A stretch of 64,000 bases of DNA from Scyliorhinus canicula (taxonomy: Eukaryota). This document shows positions 49,385 to 61,900 of this stretch, in pieces (the first letter of the stretch is position 1; every line of letters begins with the position of its first letter). The notes beneath the pieces were generated by a model. The model made no database searches. It was not told where the DNA came from and saw only the letters and a list, made by a program, of their open reading frames with translations. The stretch lies in contig NC_052154.1 of NCBI RefSeq assembly GCF_902713615.1, positions 80,703,072-80,767,071 on the forward strand. The letters run 5' to 3'. The position numbers and the translations under genes are program-made.

Positions 49385-49725
49385 GAATTTAGAACAGTAC
49401 AGCACAGAACAGGCCCTTCGGCCCTCGATGTTGTGCCGAGCAATGATCACCCCACTCAAACTCACATATCCACCATATACCCGCAACCCAACAACTCCCC
49501 CTTAACCTTACTCTTTAGGACACTATGGGCAATTTAGCATGGCCAATCCACCTAACCCACACATCTTTGGACTGTGGGAGGAAACTGGAGCACCCGGAGG
49601 AAACCCACGCACACACGGGGAGGACGTGCAGACTCCGCACAGACAGTGACCCAGCCGGGAACCAAACCTGGGACCCTGGAGCTGTGAAGCATTGATGCTA
49701 ACCACTATGCTACCGTGCTGCCTCC
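49385..49725 (-). mobile_element. HE1-like V-SINE, young, CR1-type tail
   Basis: Near-identical reverse complement of 11359-11691. Confidence 0.92.
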
Positions 49726-50734
49726 TTGCTGATCATTTTATGGCACGTAGCTGTACAGGTAAGACTCACGGCTTTAAGAAAACTAATCAAATTCAATAGC
49801 TTAAAAGGGGATTGTTTTTTTATTGATCATGAATAATTGCCTATGTAACATTACAATGTTGGAAGTGGACAGATTTTTTTTTCAAATACGTCACTCCTGG
49901 GAGCCGGGAGATGCAACGTTATTCTGTTGACCCCATAACCTATTAAAGCATGTTTTTGTTTCGCTCAGAACTCTGCTTCCTGCCAAGCTAAATTCAGTCA
50001 GCTCAATTACATTGTAGGTATACCAGCCCTTTGCCAAAATTAGAATGTTTCAAGAGGAAGTCAGAAAGTTCTGTAATTTTGCTTTTTTCTAATTGTAGTT
50101 AAACGGCAACAGTCACTCAGCTAAAGTTTTACTTAGCTCCAAAGATGCTTGCTGGTACATAATTTGACATATCAGGAACATTTCAACCTTCATTTATAAT
50201 TATTTCTGGTTTTTATCTGACCCATTTAATATTTTCTAATATTTAACCAGAACATAGACACTCAGGAACTAAGTTTTATCAAAGCAGACACTCAGTTATT
50301 GAAGAGTATCATTGCTTTGTCTGGTCAGGGAACGGGCCAACATAGGGGCATATGATTAGGAACAAAAGGAGGCGTTTCAGCCCTTTGAGCCTGTTCCCTC
50401 ATTCAATAAGATCATGGCTGATTTTCTTATAGTCTCAACTCCACTTTCCAGTCCTCCGCCCCCAAGAACCTTGACTATAAAAACAATCTGTCTTAATCGG
50501 TTTTGAATAAATTCAATGACCCAGCCTCCACGCCACCTGGAAAGGAGAATCCACAGACCCTCTGAGAGAAGAAAGAGTCTCCTAATCTCTGTCTAATTCT
50601 TAAATTATGTCCCCTAGTTCTAGTCTCTCCCACAAGTCGAAACATCATCCTGGTATCTATCCGGTCAAGTCCTCTCAGGGATTTTAATGTTTTAATATGA
50701 TCATCTCTTATTATTCAGAATCCCAAAGGCTATC

Positions 50735-50910
50735 AACCCAACTTGATAAAAATCACAAGTAGACTTCAACAAAGTTACTGTGAAAACCCCTAGTTGCCAC
50801 ATTCCGGCACCTGTCTGGGGAGGCTGGTACGGGAATCAAACCGTGCTGCTGGCCTGCTTGGTCTGCTTTAAAAGCCAGCGATTTAGCCGAGTGAGCTAAA
50901 CCAGCCCCTC
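50735..50910 (-). mobile_element. Short tRNA-derived SINE (second family)
   Basis: Homologous to 6306-6475. Confidence 0.8.
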
Positions 50911-51089
50911 TTGATTTAACCTTTCTTCATTGGATATTCTCCTTGCCAACACTTACGGCTTTCAGTGATGGGGATGTGCTGAGCAGACGCATGCAGGTGG
51001 CTCCCATCCAAAGGACTAGAAAATAGGCACTTTAAATTGAAATTAGTCTGCAAAAATCAGACAAAACATCCCTTCACCCTCAATATCAC

Positions 51090-54000
51090 AAGAACAAAAA
51101 TAAATGCCAGGACCTCCAGATGCCACAAAGAAACAAAAAGCTGTGGCAAAAGACAGGAGAAGCGAGCAAGCAGGGGACCCCAGCCATACCCAAGAGAGTG
51201 GGACCAGCAACCATAAGGCGAACTCCACCTCCTCGACCAGAGGATGGTTGGAAAACGTTCCTCATGAAAGAGCTGAAGGAGCTAAATGATGAAAGCAAAG
51301 TTGAGATCAAGGCAGCAGACAAGGTGGCGGTAACTGAAGCGCTGACCATCATGCAGGTGACCCTCAACAAGATGGAAAAGAGACGGAGGCCCAGGGAAAC
51401 ACAATAAAAGACATGGAAAAAGTCTCGACGGATGAGAGCGACCGAATCGTCGCCCTGGAGGTGGAAATAAATATATTGGTGGTGAACCAGGGGAACCTGA
51501 AAGGAAAGATTGAGAACCACAAGGAGAAGGCAGCATGTGGCACAGTAGTTAACACTGGGACCATGGAGCTGAGAACTCAGGTTCGAATCCCGGCCCTGGG
51601 TCACTGTCCATGTGGAGTTTGAACATTCTCTCCGTGTCTGTGTGGGTTTCACCCCCACAACCCAAACATGTGCAGGTTAGGTGGATTGGCACACTAAATT
51701 GCCCACTTATTGGGAAAAAAATAAATGGGGACTCTAAATTTAAAAAAAAGAAAAAGAGAACCACAAGGATGGGTTGAGATGACAGCCCCTCAGGATAGTT
51801 GGCCTGGCAGAGGGAACTGCGGGTAAGACCCTATGGACTTCATGGCCCAGATGCTGAGAGTGCGTCCCAACCCACCGGAGATCAACAGGGCCCATTGGTC
51901 ACCCAGGACAAAACCCAAGGCTGCGGAGCAGTCGGGACTGATTATCGCCAAGCTACACCAGTACCAGGACCAGGAGAAAATCCTCCCCCGGGCCAGTCAA
52001 ATGAAGGCTTGCAACCGGCAGGGACACACATTCAGGATGTACCAAGACATTGGGGCAGACCTAACAAAGTGGCGGGCAGAATTTAATAATGCAAAGTCAG
52101 ATCAGTACAGGAGTGAAGTCAAGCTCTGGATGGTGTACCCAGTCAGAATTTAGGTCACATACCAAGACATGGAACATTATTTTACCACCCCTGTGGGCAC
52201 GGATGAGTTTGTCCAAAAGAAAGGGCTGGACATACAGCAATGAAGACAGCAATGAGGCAGACACTGGAGAGGCGAATAATGTTAAATGACAATCTGCATA
52301 TGACTGTTCCGCCTCATTCTGAACTTGAGAACTAGTGCACTTGTGTACGAGGGGTGTGGAGGGGGGGGGGGGGGGGGAGGGAGGCGAGGGCAACATAGCG
52401 CAGGAGAGGGTAAGGAGGAGACAGAGGAGAAAACGGAACTGCGTGCATAAGAGAGGGTTGGGCCGACCTTCAGAGGGGGGGCCATCACACTAGCGGGAAA
52501 CCTAGCACCAGGAAATCCAAGTGTGGCGGTGGGGGGGGGGGGGCTGCAGCACATCTCCCAATGGGGAGCGTACACCTGGCGACAGGAAGGAGAGTACACC
52601 ACCAACGAGGCGATAACTAGGGGGGACAGACGGGGGTGGGAAGATCAGAGGGAGAGGGACAAGAGAGAAGGGAGGCAGCCGAAGGGGAGAGAAGCATTAC
52701 CACAGGGGGAACAAAGGGACATGGAGGATGAGGGTTCTAGGCTTGCTACAACAAGCCACATGAGGTAATACAGAGCAAAATGGCACCACAAGCAGCCACT
52801 TCAGAGGGTCCCCAAACAAAGGTAAATGCCGGATTGCAAGGGCTCACCTACATTGAATTCACATAGTTGACGGCCATGTTGGGTGGCCCCTGGACAAATG
52901 GAAACCACAAAGTGCAGGGGCCTGGCCTCATGGTGCGTACTGTGATCCTGGACATTTTGTATGGCCCCCTAACAAAGGGAAACCTCGGAGTGCAGGGGTG
53001 CATCCACAAGGTAGGAATGGCTGATCCCGTGGGGGAGCGGACAGATTAAAAAACCCCATCAGGATAGTCACCCGGAATGTCAGGGGACTTAACGGCCCAG
53101 TGAAAAGATCCATAATCTTCACCCACCTGAAAAGTATGAAAGCCGACAGTCTTCCTCCAAGAGACGCACCTGAAGGAGAAGGACTGACTGCGGGTGAGAA
53201 AGGGATGGGTGGGATGGACGCACCGTTCATGTTACAGGATGAGGAGGGGGGGGGGGGGGGGGGGGGGGGGTTGCCTTACTACTTAGAAAGAGGATTGCAT
53301 TTACCGTGATGAGGATGGTTACAGACCCAGGGGGACGGTACATCATGGTTAGTGGCGCTCTGGACTGGGCACCCGTGGTCCTGGTGAATGTATACATGCC
53401 CAACTGGGATGACACAGAATTTAGAAAGAAGACCATGGCAGAAATCCCCAACATAGACACCCACACACTAATCATGGAGGGGGGATTTTAACTGTGTACA
53501 GGGCCCACTGAAGGACAGGTCAAACCCCAAAATGGGGAAAATGGCAAACATGGCAAGAGAACGAGGACATTTATGGAGCAGATGGGGGCAGTTGATACAG
53601 GGATGTCCATGCACCCAGGAGAGATGGTGTTCTCATTTTTCTCATAGGTACACAGGGTCTATACCCGTATCAATTTATTTGTGGTGGGGAAATCGGTGCT
53701 TCCAGAGATAGTAAGAGCGGAATATTCTGCAGTCGTAATCTCCAACCGTGCTCCACGCTACATGGATGTGAGGTTGGAGACAGGCCATGCCCAACATTCC
53801 CCTTGGAGGTTGGACATGGTCCTCCTGACCGACAAAGTCATCAATGTGAAAGTATCAATTAACAGCTGGGATGTGGAGGTCTCGCTCTCCGTGTTCTGGG
53901 AGGTGCTGAAGGCTGTGATCAAGGGAGAGATTAACACTTACAAAGTGTGCAGAGACAGGGAAGAGAGGGCATCTAGGCAACAACTGGTCAACTCCATACT

Positions 54001-56080
54001 GGAGGTAGACAGGTGGTACTCCAAGGCCCCAAACATAACGATTCTAGTTGTGAGGAACTAGCTACAAATGGACTTTAACCTGCTGTCCACCAGGAAAGCA
54101 GTGCACCAACACTACCAGACAAGGGGGACCTTCTACGAAAATGGAGAAAATGCCAGCTGCCTGCTGGCTCAGCAGTTGAGAAAGCAGGCAGCCACCAAGG
54201 AAATATGACAAGTTAAGTTAAGGACAACAATGGCAGGCTAGTAGCCGAGCCAAAAAAGTTCAATGAAGCATTCAAGGCCTTCTCCCGGGGCCTGTACACC
54301 TCTGAACCCCTCAACTGGAACTGGGTTAGAAACAGTTCCTCGATGGACTGGACATGGTGGAGGAAGATAGGAGGAGGGGGCTGGAAGCACCGTTAGAACT
54401 GGGAGAGGTCATGGAGAGCAACAGCTCCATGCAGATCAGGAGGATGCCGGGGGGTTGTGGGGTGGGGGGGGGTTTGCTGGGGAAGAATTCAAGGATCCCC
54501 AAAGATATCCCAAAGAGAAAAAGAAGCATTGGGGGCTTAGCCCTCCCAACCCTACAATGCTACCACTGGGTAGCCACAGCAGAAAGAGCGGCAGGATGGG
54601 TGAAGGACCAGAAGCAGAATGGATGAGGATAGAGATATGTCTGCACAGAGATATGTCTCCGAGCCCTCGCCACAATGGCACTCCCATCCTCAACAGCCAA
54701 ACACTTAACAAGCCCACTGCTATTAGCAACACTCCGAACCTGGAACCAAATCAAACAACACTTCAGCCTGACCAAAATGTCATCTATGGCCCCTATCTGT
54801 GGCAACCACAGGTTCGCGCCAGCAACGATGGACACATCCTTTAAGAGTTGAAGACAGGACAGAGGGACGCTTAGAGTTAGGGACTTCTACATGGAGAACA
54901 GACTAGCAACATTGGAGGAACTGACAGAAAGGCTACCACTGCCCAACTGTAATGTACTGCGACACCTACAAGTAAAAACTTCCTCTACAAGAAGATAACA
55001 TCATACCCACGGACACCGAAACATTCAATGTTAGAGGAACTGTTGGACGCGGGCAACCTGGGTGGGAGGAACGGCACCGACTGCATGGGTGATTGTTAGA
55101 AGGGGCACGCTCCCGACTGGACAATACATGGGAGAAATTGGAGGAAGAACTAGAATAGAAATAGGGTGGGGACTCTGGAGTGAAGCACTGAACAGGGCCA
55201 ACTCCACATGCGCAAGGCTAAGCCAAATGCAACTGAAGTGGTGCACAGAGCACACCTAACTATGACCCAAATGAGCAGGTTCTTCTCAGGGGTGGAGGGC
55301 AAATTTGACCTGTGCAGGGAGGCGACATGTTCTAGGCCTGTCCAAGACTTGTTAGGTTCTGGACAGTATTTTATTGAAACAATGGCCAAAGTTGTGGGGT
55401 GAGGGTGCAGCCAAGCCAGATAGGGCAGTCTTCGGGGTGTCAGACCAGCCGGAACTATTCATGGGGAGGGGGGGGGGGGGGGGGGGGACGGCGATGCCCC
55501 AGCCTTTGCCTGGGTCATGGCCTGCTGAAGAATCCTGCTTGACTGGTGATCAGCAGCACCACTCAAAGCTGCAGACCGGCATGTCGCCCTGTCTGAATTT
55601 CTCCTCCTGGAGAAAATCAAATTCACCATCCAGGCGCTGAGAAGAGTGTCACAGAGAAAGGACCTGACGGCAGTGCCAAAGGGTCCCAGGTCAAATGGGG
55701 ACCAGCACAGGCGGAATTAACCCTGTACGGCGACACCCCCCCCCCCCCAAACTGGACAGAAACGTGCAAATAAAACGGGCGAACGAACCGAGCCATTGCA
55801 CTCCCAAAGGTAAAGATGCAAAACACTGTAAATACGTAAGAAACTGACGCCAATGAAACACTAAATAGCTAAGGGGAGGGGGGGGGGGGGGGGGGGGGTG
55901 AGGGCTCGGAGACATGTCTCTGTGCAGGAACTCTCTTCCATCCTCATCCATTCTGTTTCTGGTTATTCGACATTGCGGAGAGGGGGCTATGCCTAATGTT
56001 TGTAAGTGCATGACCGTTTTGTAAACTTTGTAACAAAAGTCGCCAAAATCTTAATAAAAATATTTCAAAAAGAAAAAAAG
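51090..56080 (+). mobile_element. L1/Tx1-clade LINE, near full length, heavily decayed
   Basis: ORF1 remnants (EINRAH, IIAKLHQY, RMYQDIGADL), APE (VTRNVRGLNGPVKR, LVNVYMPN), RT region largely deleted, C-terminal region, AATAAA plus A-tail near 56050-56080. Confidence 0.85.
51533..51755 (+). mobile_element. V-SINE short form with A-rich tail, inserted in L1 ORF1
   Basis: Same type as 4516-4737. Confidence 0.8.
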
Positions 56081-56899
56081 ATAAGCTCCTCACCCAAGAA
56101 TCCAGTGAAACTTCTCTGAACTGATTCTAACACAATTATATCTATTTTTTTTCCGAACACGAAGACGTATATCACAGTCGCTCTGTGTTCGAGATGGGGG
56201 CTCCCAAAATAATTATTCAGCGTCAGGTCACATCCTATCCACTGCGCCAGGCTGTGCAGAATAAAGGACACTACCACGAGAACATAAAGACATAGGAAAT
56301 AGGGGCCAAGAGTAGCTTGAAGTCGTTTTTAATCGTCAATGTGTGCCTTCAGTTCCCCAGGAACCCGAAAGCTCCCATTTGAGTTAAACCTTGTAGTTTA
56401 ACAGTTAACCATCAGATGTTAAAGTTAGCTTGTTCCATTTCCTGTTCCTAAGCTGCAAGTACATTTTGTCTCATATTGACAAGAAGTTTATAACTTTGCA
56501 CATCGTGTTTCGTTCACAGGTTCATCGACGGATCAGAATTAATCAGAAACAGGCAAGTTACTTATAAATTGCATGCAAATGTTGGAAAATGTGAGATGAG
56601 GCAAAGTTTGGCTTGTATTTTATCTTTCACTTTCCTGAAAGCATATTTATTAAATAAATCATAAATACAAAACAGTAATCAATGTTGACGGTCCCTTTTT
56701 ATGCTTGTATCAAGTTTATATATTTCCTATTTGCTGGCATGCATGGGACTGTTAATTAGGTTCTATGCATAGACATCGCACGTGGTGCGCACGAGAGATA
56801 GTCAGACAAGCATAATGCGGTAAGATAACATAGCCCAGTTTAAATAAGTTTTAAATGTGCAAATTGCTCTGTGTAATTTTAATGTAAAATCTCTGAAAG

Positions 56900-57565
56900 A
56901 GTAGGAAGAATTAACTGGGAGAAAGTCAATTTCGAAAGGTTAAGGGGAGATCTGCCTGAGAGAAATTGGAATCAAATGTTGGCAAGTAAGACGATAACTG
57001 AGAAATGGGCTGCCTTGAAAGGAAATAGAGTTTGGGTAGTTATGGTATATCCCCGCGAACGGGAGAAGTTGGACAAAGAAATAGAGAGCTACCTTGATGG
57101 CAGAGAAGATAAAGTTTAAGATTACAAAGAATAGCTTTGACAAAGAGTCATCGGATTCGAAACGTTAGCTCTTTTCTCTCCCTACAGATGCTGCCAGACT
57201 TGCTGAGATTTTCCAGCATTTTCCCTTTCGTTACAAAGAACAAGTGTTTATCACAGATGAGCAACCCAATCGCAGCCACCAACTGCACCGCCGACAATTG
57301 AGAAATCATTCGTCTTTCTGAAAAGGTGTTCTGGATGTTTATACGGCTCTGATGGACCCCCCTCCACCAGAATCCGCCCACCAATAGAGTCCATTGAATG
57401 TCTCCATTCCCGTTACCTACAAGGGAATCAAGTTTTATCGGGAAGACAGGCAGGGGTATGAAGATAAGGCGACTATCAAGTTCCCCATAATCCTATTGAA
57501 TGGTGGTGCTTTCTCGAGGGGCCAAATGGGCCACTCTTGGCCCCTATTTCCTATGTATGTATATT
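56900..57565 (+). mobile_element. CR1 fragments interrupted by a Penelope-like relic (57135-57240)
   Basis: LNWEKVNFERLRGDL...-type ORF2 piece; CR1 3' tail near 57520-57565; hammerhead-like motif at 57136-57166. Confidence 0.65.
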
Positions 57566-58933
57566 CTCGTGGTAGTGTCCTTTATTCTGCACAGCCTGGC
57601 GCAGTAGAGAGGATTTGACCTGTCGCTGAATAATTATTTTGGGAGCCCTGATCTCGAACTGAGAGCGATGTAAATTGACATGAAAAATACACAAGCGTGC
57701 GATTTTCTTATCCGTTCTAGATTCAGCTGACACACCCCAAGTGCCACGAATGGACCAGAACTATACGACTCCTTGTGGATACCCGCCTGCTGGATACCCG
57801 CCAGCCTTTTCCATGGGCTGCAGCTCCATGTCACTGCACCATGCCATCACACCCTGAGGGAGTCTGAATACCATGAGATGTTGATGTAGGCAGGAAGTAC
57901 ATGTTGAAGTGAAGAAAGAAAATACACATTGCCAGAGGTGACGTAAAGGCAACCCAGAGTGATCTATTTTGTGGCTGTATTTAACCGTTCACTTCTGGCT
58001 GTGTCTGCATTGTTTTTCATTGTAGTTGGAGCTGACGTAGAGGCAGGCTGCTGGCCTCGTGCATGAGAGCATCAGCTGTTTATGGTGCACAACCGATCAG
58101 TCGCTCAGCCCGTGAGGAGCATGGCATATTTTGGGTCACCTGTATCTGTACAGGTACAGCCTTTTTTTTATTGGTGTGGGATTCAACGATAGTATTATAG
58201 CCAGAAGGGCTGAGTTGTTGCCATTAAAGCAGGAAATGTCTTGGAAAGAACCCCAGTGCCTTCAGCTATCAGTTGCTTGACCCTTTCATGGCCCACTTGC
58301 ACTCCCCTGTTTACTGAGTGCGGACCTGTCTTGCAAGGTCAGGAGTCTCTAAGCCATCATGCCAGCCCAGCATTCAACAATGCTCAACGTTGGTGCCATT
58401 CTGCTGATACCAGTGTGCACCTGCCGGATGTGGTTCTCCAGGAAAGTCACCACTCTCTCAATGGAGGAGACCACGCACCTATAAGCAGGAGACATGGTGT
58501 AGCTCATGGCATGAATTGGGATATCCATCGGACTTGAATGGGAGTGAACTACCTTTGGGAACTCGGAGATTAGTCGTCAAATTCCCCCCTCCTGTTCCAT
58601 GAGTACCGGCTTCACTGATGACCACAGAGGCTCAGCATCTGCGTCGGGCTGAACATTGGCCGATCCTCTCCACAATACTTCGATGAGAACAGGCTGCAGA
58701 TATCGCCGCCTCCATCACTTGTGCCTGCGTCTGGGTGCTGCATTCATCAGCCAGTGCCATCCATTCAAACTACATGTGATGCTCTCCTGATCTGATAATA
58801 TCTGTACTGGCTGCTGGTCTTCTGGAGAGATGATGGAACATCCTCTGATGGCGCCTCTGAGGTCCCTGCTGGCTTTGATGCCTTCTGTGATTTATCCTCT
58901 GCCACTGGCCCTTTGGGAGAGTCGGGTTCATTG

Positions 58934-61900
58934 TTTTTTTTTAAATAATTTTTATTGAAATTTTTCGATACAAACATTTACCCCTACTACATTTTAAATT
59001 ATAACACAACAAATCCCCCCTGGAAAATCCTCCCCACGCCCTCCCCCGCGCGCACCCCCCACCCTCTCCCCCCCCCCCCCCCCCCCCCCGCGCTACCAGT
59101 CTAGCAACCAAACCGTTTTTCCCTTTCTGCCGATGGCCTCGGGCAGCCATTGCCCGCGACCCCCCGCTGACGTGCTCCCTTCGTTGCTATCCCCCCCCCC
59201 CCTCCCTTCCCCCCCCCCCCCTTTCTCCCCGGGTTGCTGCTGTTTCGGCCTCCAGTTCCTATCTCTGATCCAGAAAGTCAAGGAAGGGCTGCCACCGCCG
59301 GAAGAACCCCTGTACCGACCCTCTCAGGGCGAATTTGATTCTTTCCAATTGGATGAAGCTTGCCATGTCGTTTAACCAGGTGTTAACACTTGGTGGCCTT
59401 GTGTCCCTCCACTGAATCAAGATCCTTCTCCGAGCTACCAAGGACGCAAAGGCCAATATTCCGGCCTCCCTTGCCTCCTGTACTCCTGGCTCCACCCCAA
59501 CCCCAAAAATCGCTAGCCCCCACCCTGGTTTGACCCTGGTTCCCACCACTCTCGATACCGTCCCCGCCACCCCCTCCCAGAACTCCTCCAGTGCCGGACA
59601 CATCCAGAACATATGTGCATGGTTCGCAGGGCTTCCCGAACACCTGACACACCTGTCCTCACCCCCGAAGAACCGACTCATCCTAGTCCCCGTCATATGG
59701 GCTCTGTGCAGCACCTTAAATTGGATGAGGCCCAACCTTGCGCACGACGACGACGAATTGACCCTCTCTAGGGCATCCGCCCATGTCCCATCCTCTATCT
59801 GCTCTCCCAGCTCCGCTTCCCACTTGTCTTTCAGCTCCTCTATCGGTACCTCCTCCACCTCCTGCATTATTCTGTAGATGTCCGAGACCTTCCCTTCTCC
59901 GACCCAGGCCCCTGACAGCACCCTATCACTCGCCCCTCTATCGGGAAGCAAGGGAAATCCTTCCACCTGTCGTCTGGCAAATGCCTTCACCTGCAGGTAT
60001 CTAAACGTGTTCCCCGGGGGGAGCTCAAATTTCTCCTCCAGCTCCCCCAGGCTCGCAAACCTCCCCTCTATGAACATGTCCCTCAGTTGCCTGATGCCCG
60101 CCCTGTGCCAGCTCTGGAATCCCCCGCCAGTGTTCCCCGGGACAAATCTGTGGTTCCCTCTCAGTGGCGCTGCCATCAGACCCCCCACTTCCCCCCTGTG
60201 TCGCCTCCACTGCCCCCAGATTTTAAGGGTGGCCGCCACTACCGGACTCGTGGTATACCTTGTGGGGGGGAGCGGCCATGGTGCCGTTACTAGCGCCCCC
60301 AGGCTTGTATTGCCGCAGGACGCCCTCTCCATACGTTTCCAAGCTGCCCCCTCCCCCTCCATCACCCACTTGCGCACCATCGATGCGTTCGCCGCCCAGT
60401 AGTATCCGGAAAGATTGGGTAGCGCTAATCCTCCACTGTCCCTACTCCGTTCCAAGAAAATCCTTCTCACTCTAGGGGTGCCATGTGCCCACACATAGCC
60501 CATAATGCTGCTAGTTACCTTCTTGAAGAAGGCCCTGGGGAGAAAGATGGGCAAGCACTGGAACAGAAACAAGAACCTCGGGAGGACCGTCATTTTGACT
60601 GACTGCACCCTCCCTGCTAGCGACAGCGGTACCATGTCCCACCTCTTGAACTCCTCCTCCATCTGCTCCACCAGCCTTGAAAAGTTCAGCTTGTGGAGGG
60701 TCCCCCAGTTCCTTGCCACCTGCACCCCCAAGTACCTGAAGCTCTTTACTGCTCTCTTAAAGGGGAGCCGCCCAATTCCCTCCCCCTGATCTCCTGGGTG
60801 TATCACAAAGACCTCACTTTTACCCACATTTAATTTATATCCCGAAAAGTCCCCAAACTCCGCTAGTATTTCCATTACCTCCGGCATTCCCCCTTCCGGG
60901 TCCGCCACATATAACAACAAATCATCCGCATAGAGTGATACCCGATGTTCCTCCCCTCCCCTTGTCAGTCCTCTCCACCCCCCTGAACCCCTCAGTGCCA
61001 TCGCCAACGGTTCGATCGCTAATGCAAATAGTAAGGGGGATAGGGGGCATCCCTGCCTGGTACCTCGATGGAGCCCAAAATACTCTGACCTCCTCCCGTT
61101 TGTAACCACACTCGCCATCGGGGCCGAATACAACAGCTTCACCCACTTGATAAATCCCTCCCCAAACCCAAACCGTTCCAGCGTCTCCCACAGGTATTCC
61201 CACTCCACCCTATCGAATGCCTTCTCCGCATCCAGTGCTACCACTATCTCAGCCTCCCCCTCCACTGCTGGCATCATAATCACATTCAACAGTCTCCGGA
61301 CATTTGTGTTAAGTTGTCGTCCCTTTACGAACCCCGTCTGGTCCTCATGGATTACCCCTGGCACACAATCCTCTATTCTGGTTGCCAGGACCTTTGCCAA
61401 CAGTTTGGCATCTACATTCAAGAGGGAGATGGGCCTGTAGGACCCGCACTGTACAGGGTCTTTGTCCCGCTTCAGGATCAAGGAGATCAGGGCCTGTGAC
61501 ATTGTCGGGGGCAGAACCCCCCCTCTCGCGCCTCATTGAAGGCTCGCACCAGCACTGGACCCACCAAGTCCACATACTTCTTATAAAATTCCACCGGGAA
61601 CCCATCCGGCCCCGGCGCCTTCCCCGCCTGCATCTGGCCTATCCCTTTAACTAGCTCCTGCAGCTCTATCGGCGCCCCCAGCCCCTCCACCCGCTCCTCC
61701 TGGACCTTTGGGAACCTCAATCTATCGAGGAAGTTCTCCATTCCCCCCCTCCTCCTGGGCGGCTCAGACCGGTACAATTCCCTGTAGAAATCCCTGAAGA
61801 CCCCGTTCACCTCTTGCCCCTTCTGCACTACGTTCCCTCCCTTCTCTCTCACTCCCCCAATCTCTCTGGCTGCATCTCGCTTGCGCAGCTGGTGTGCTAG

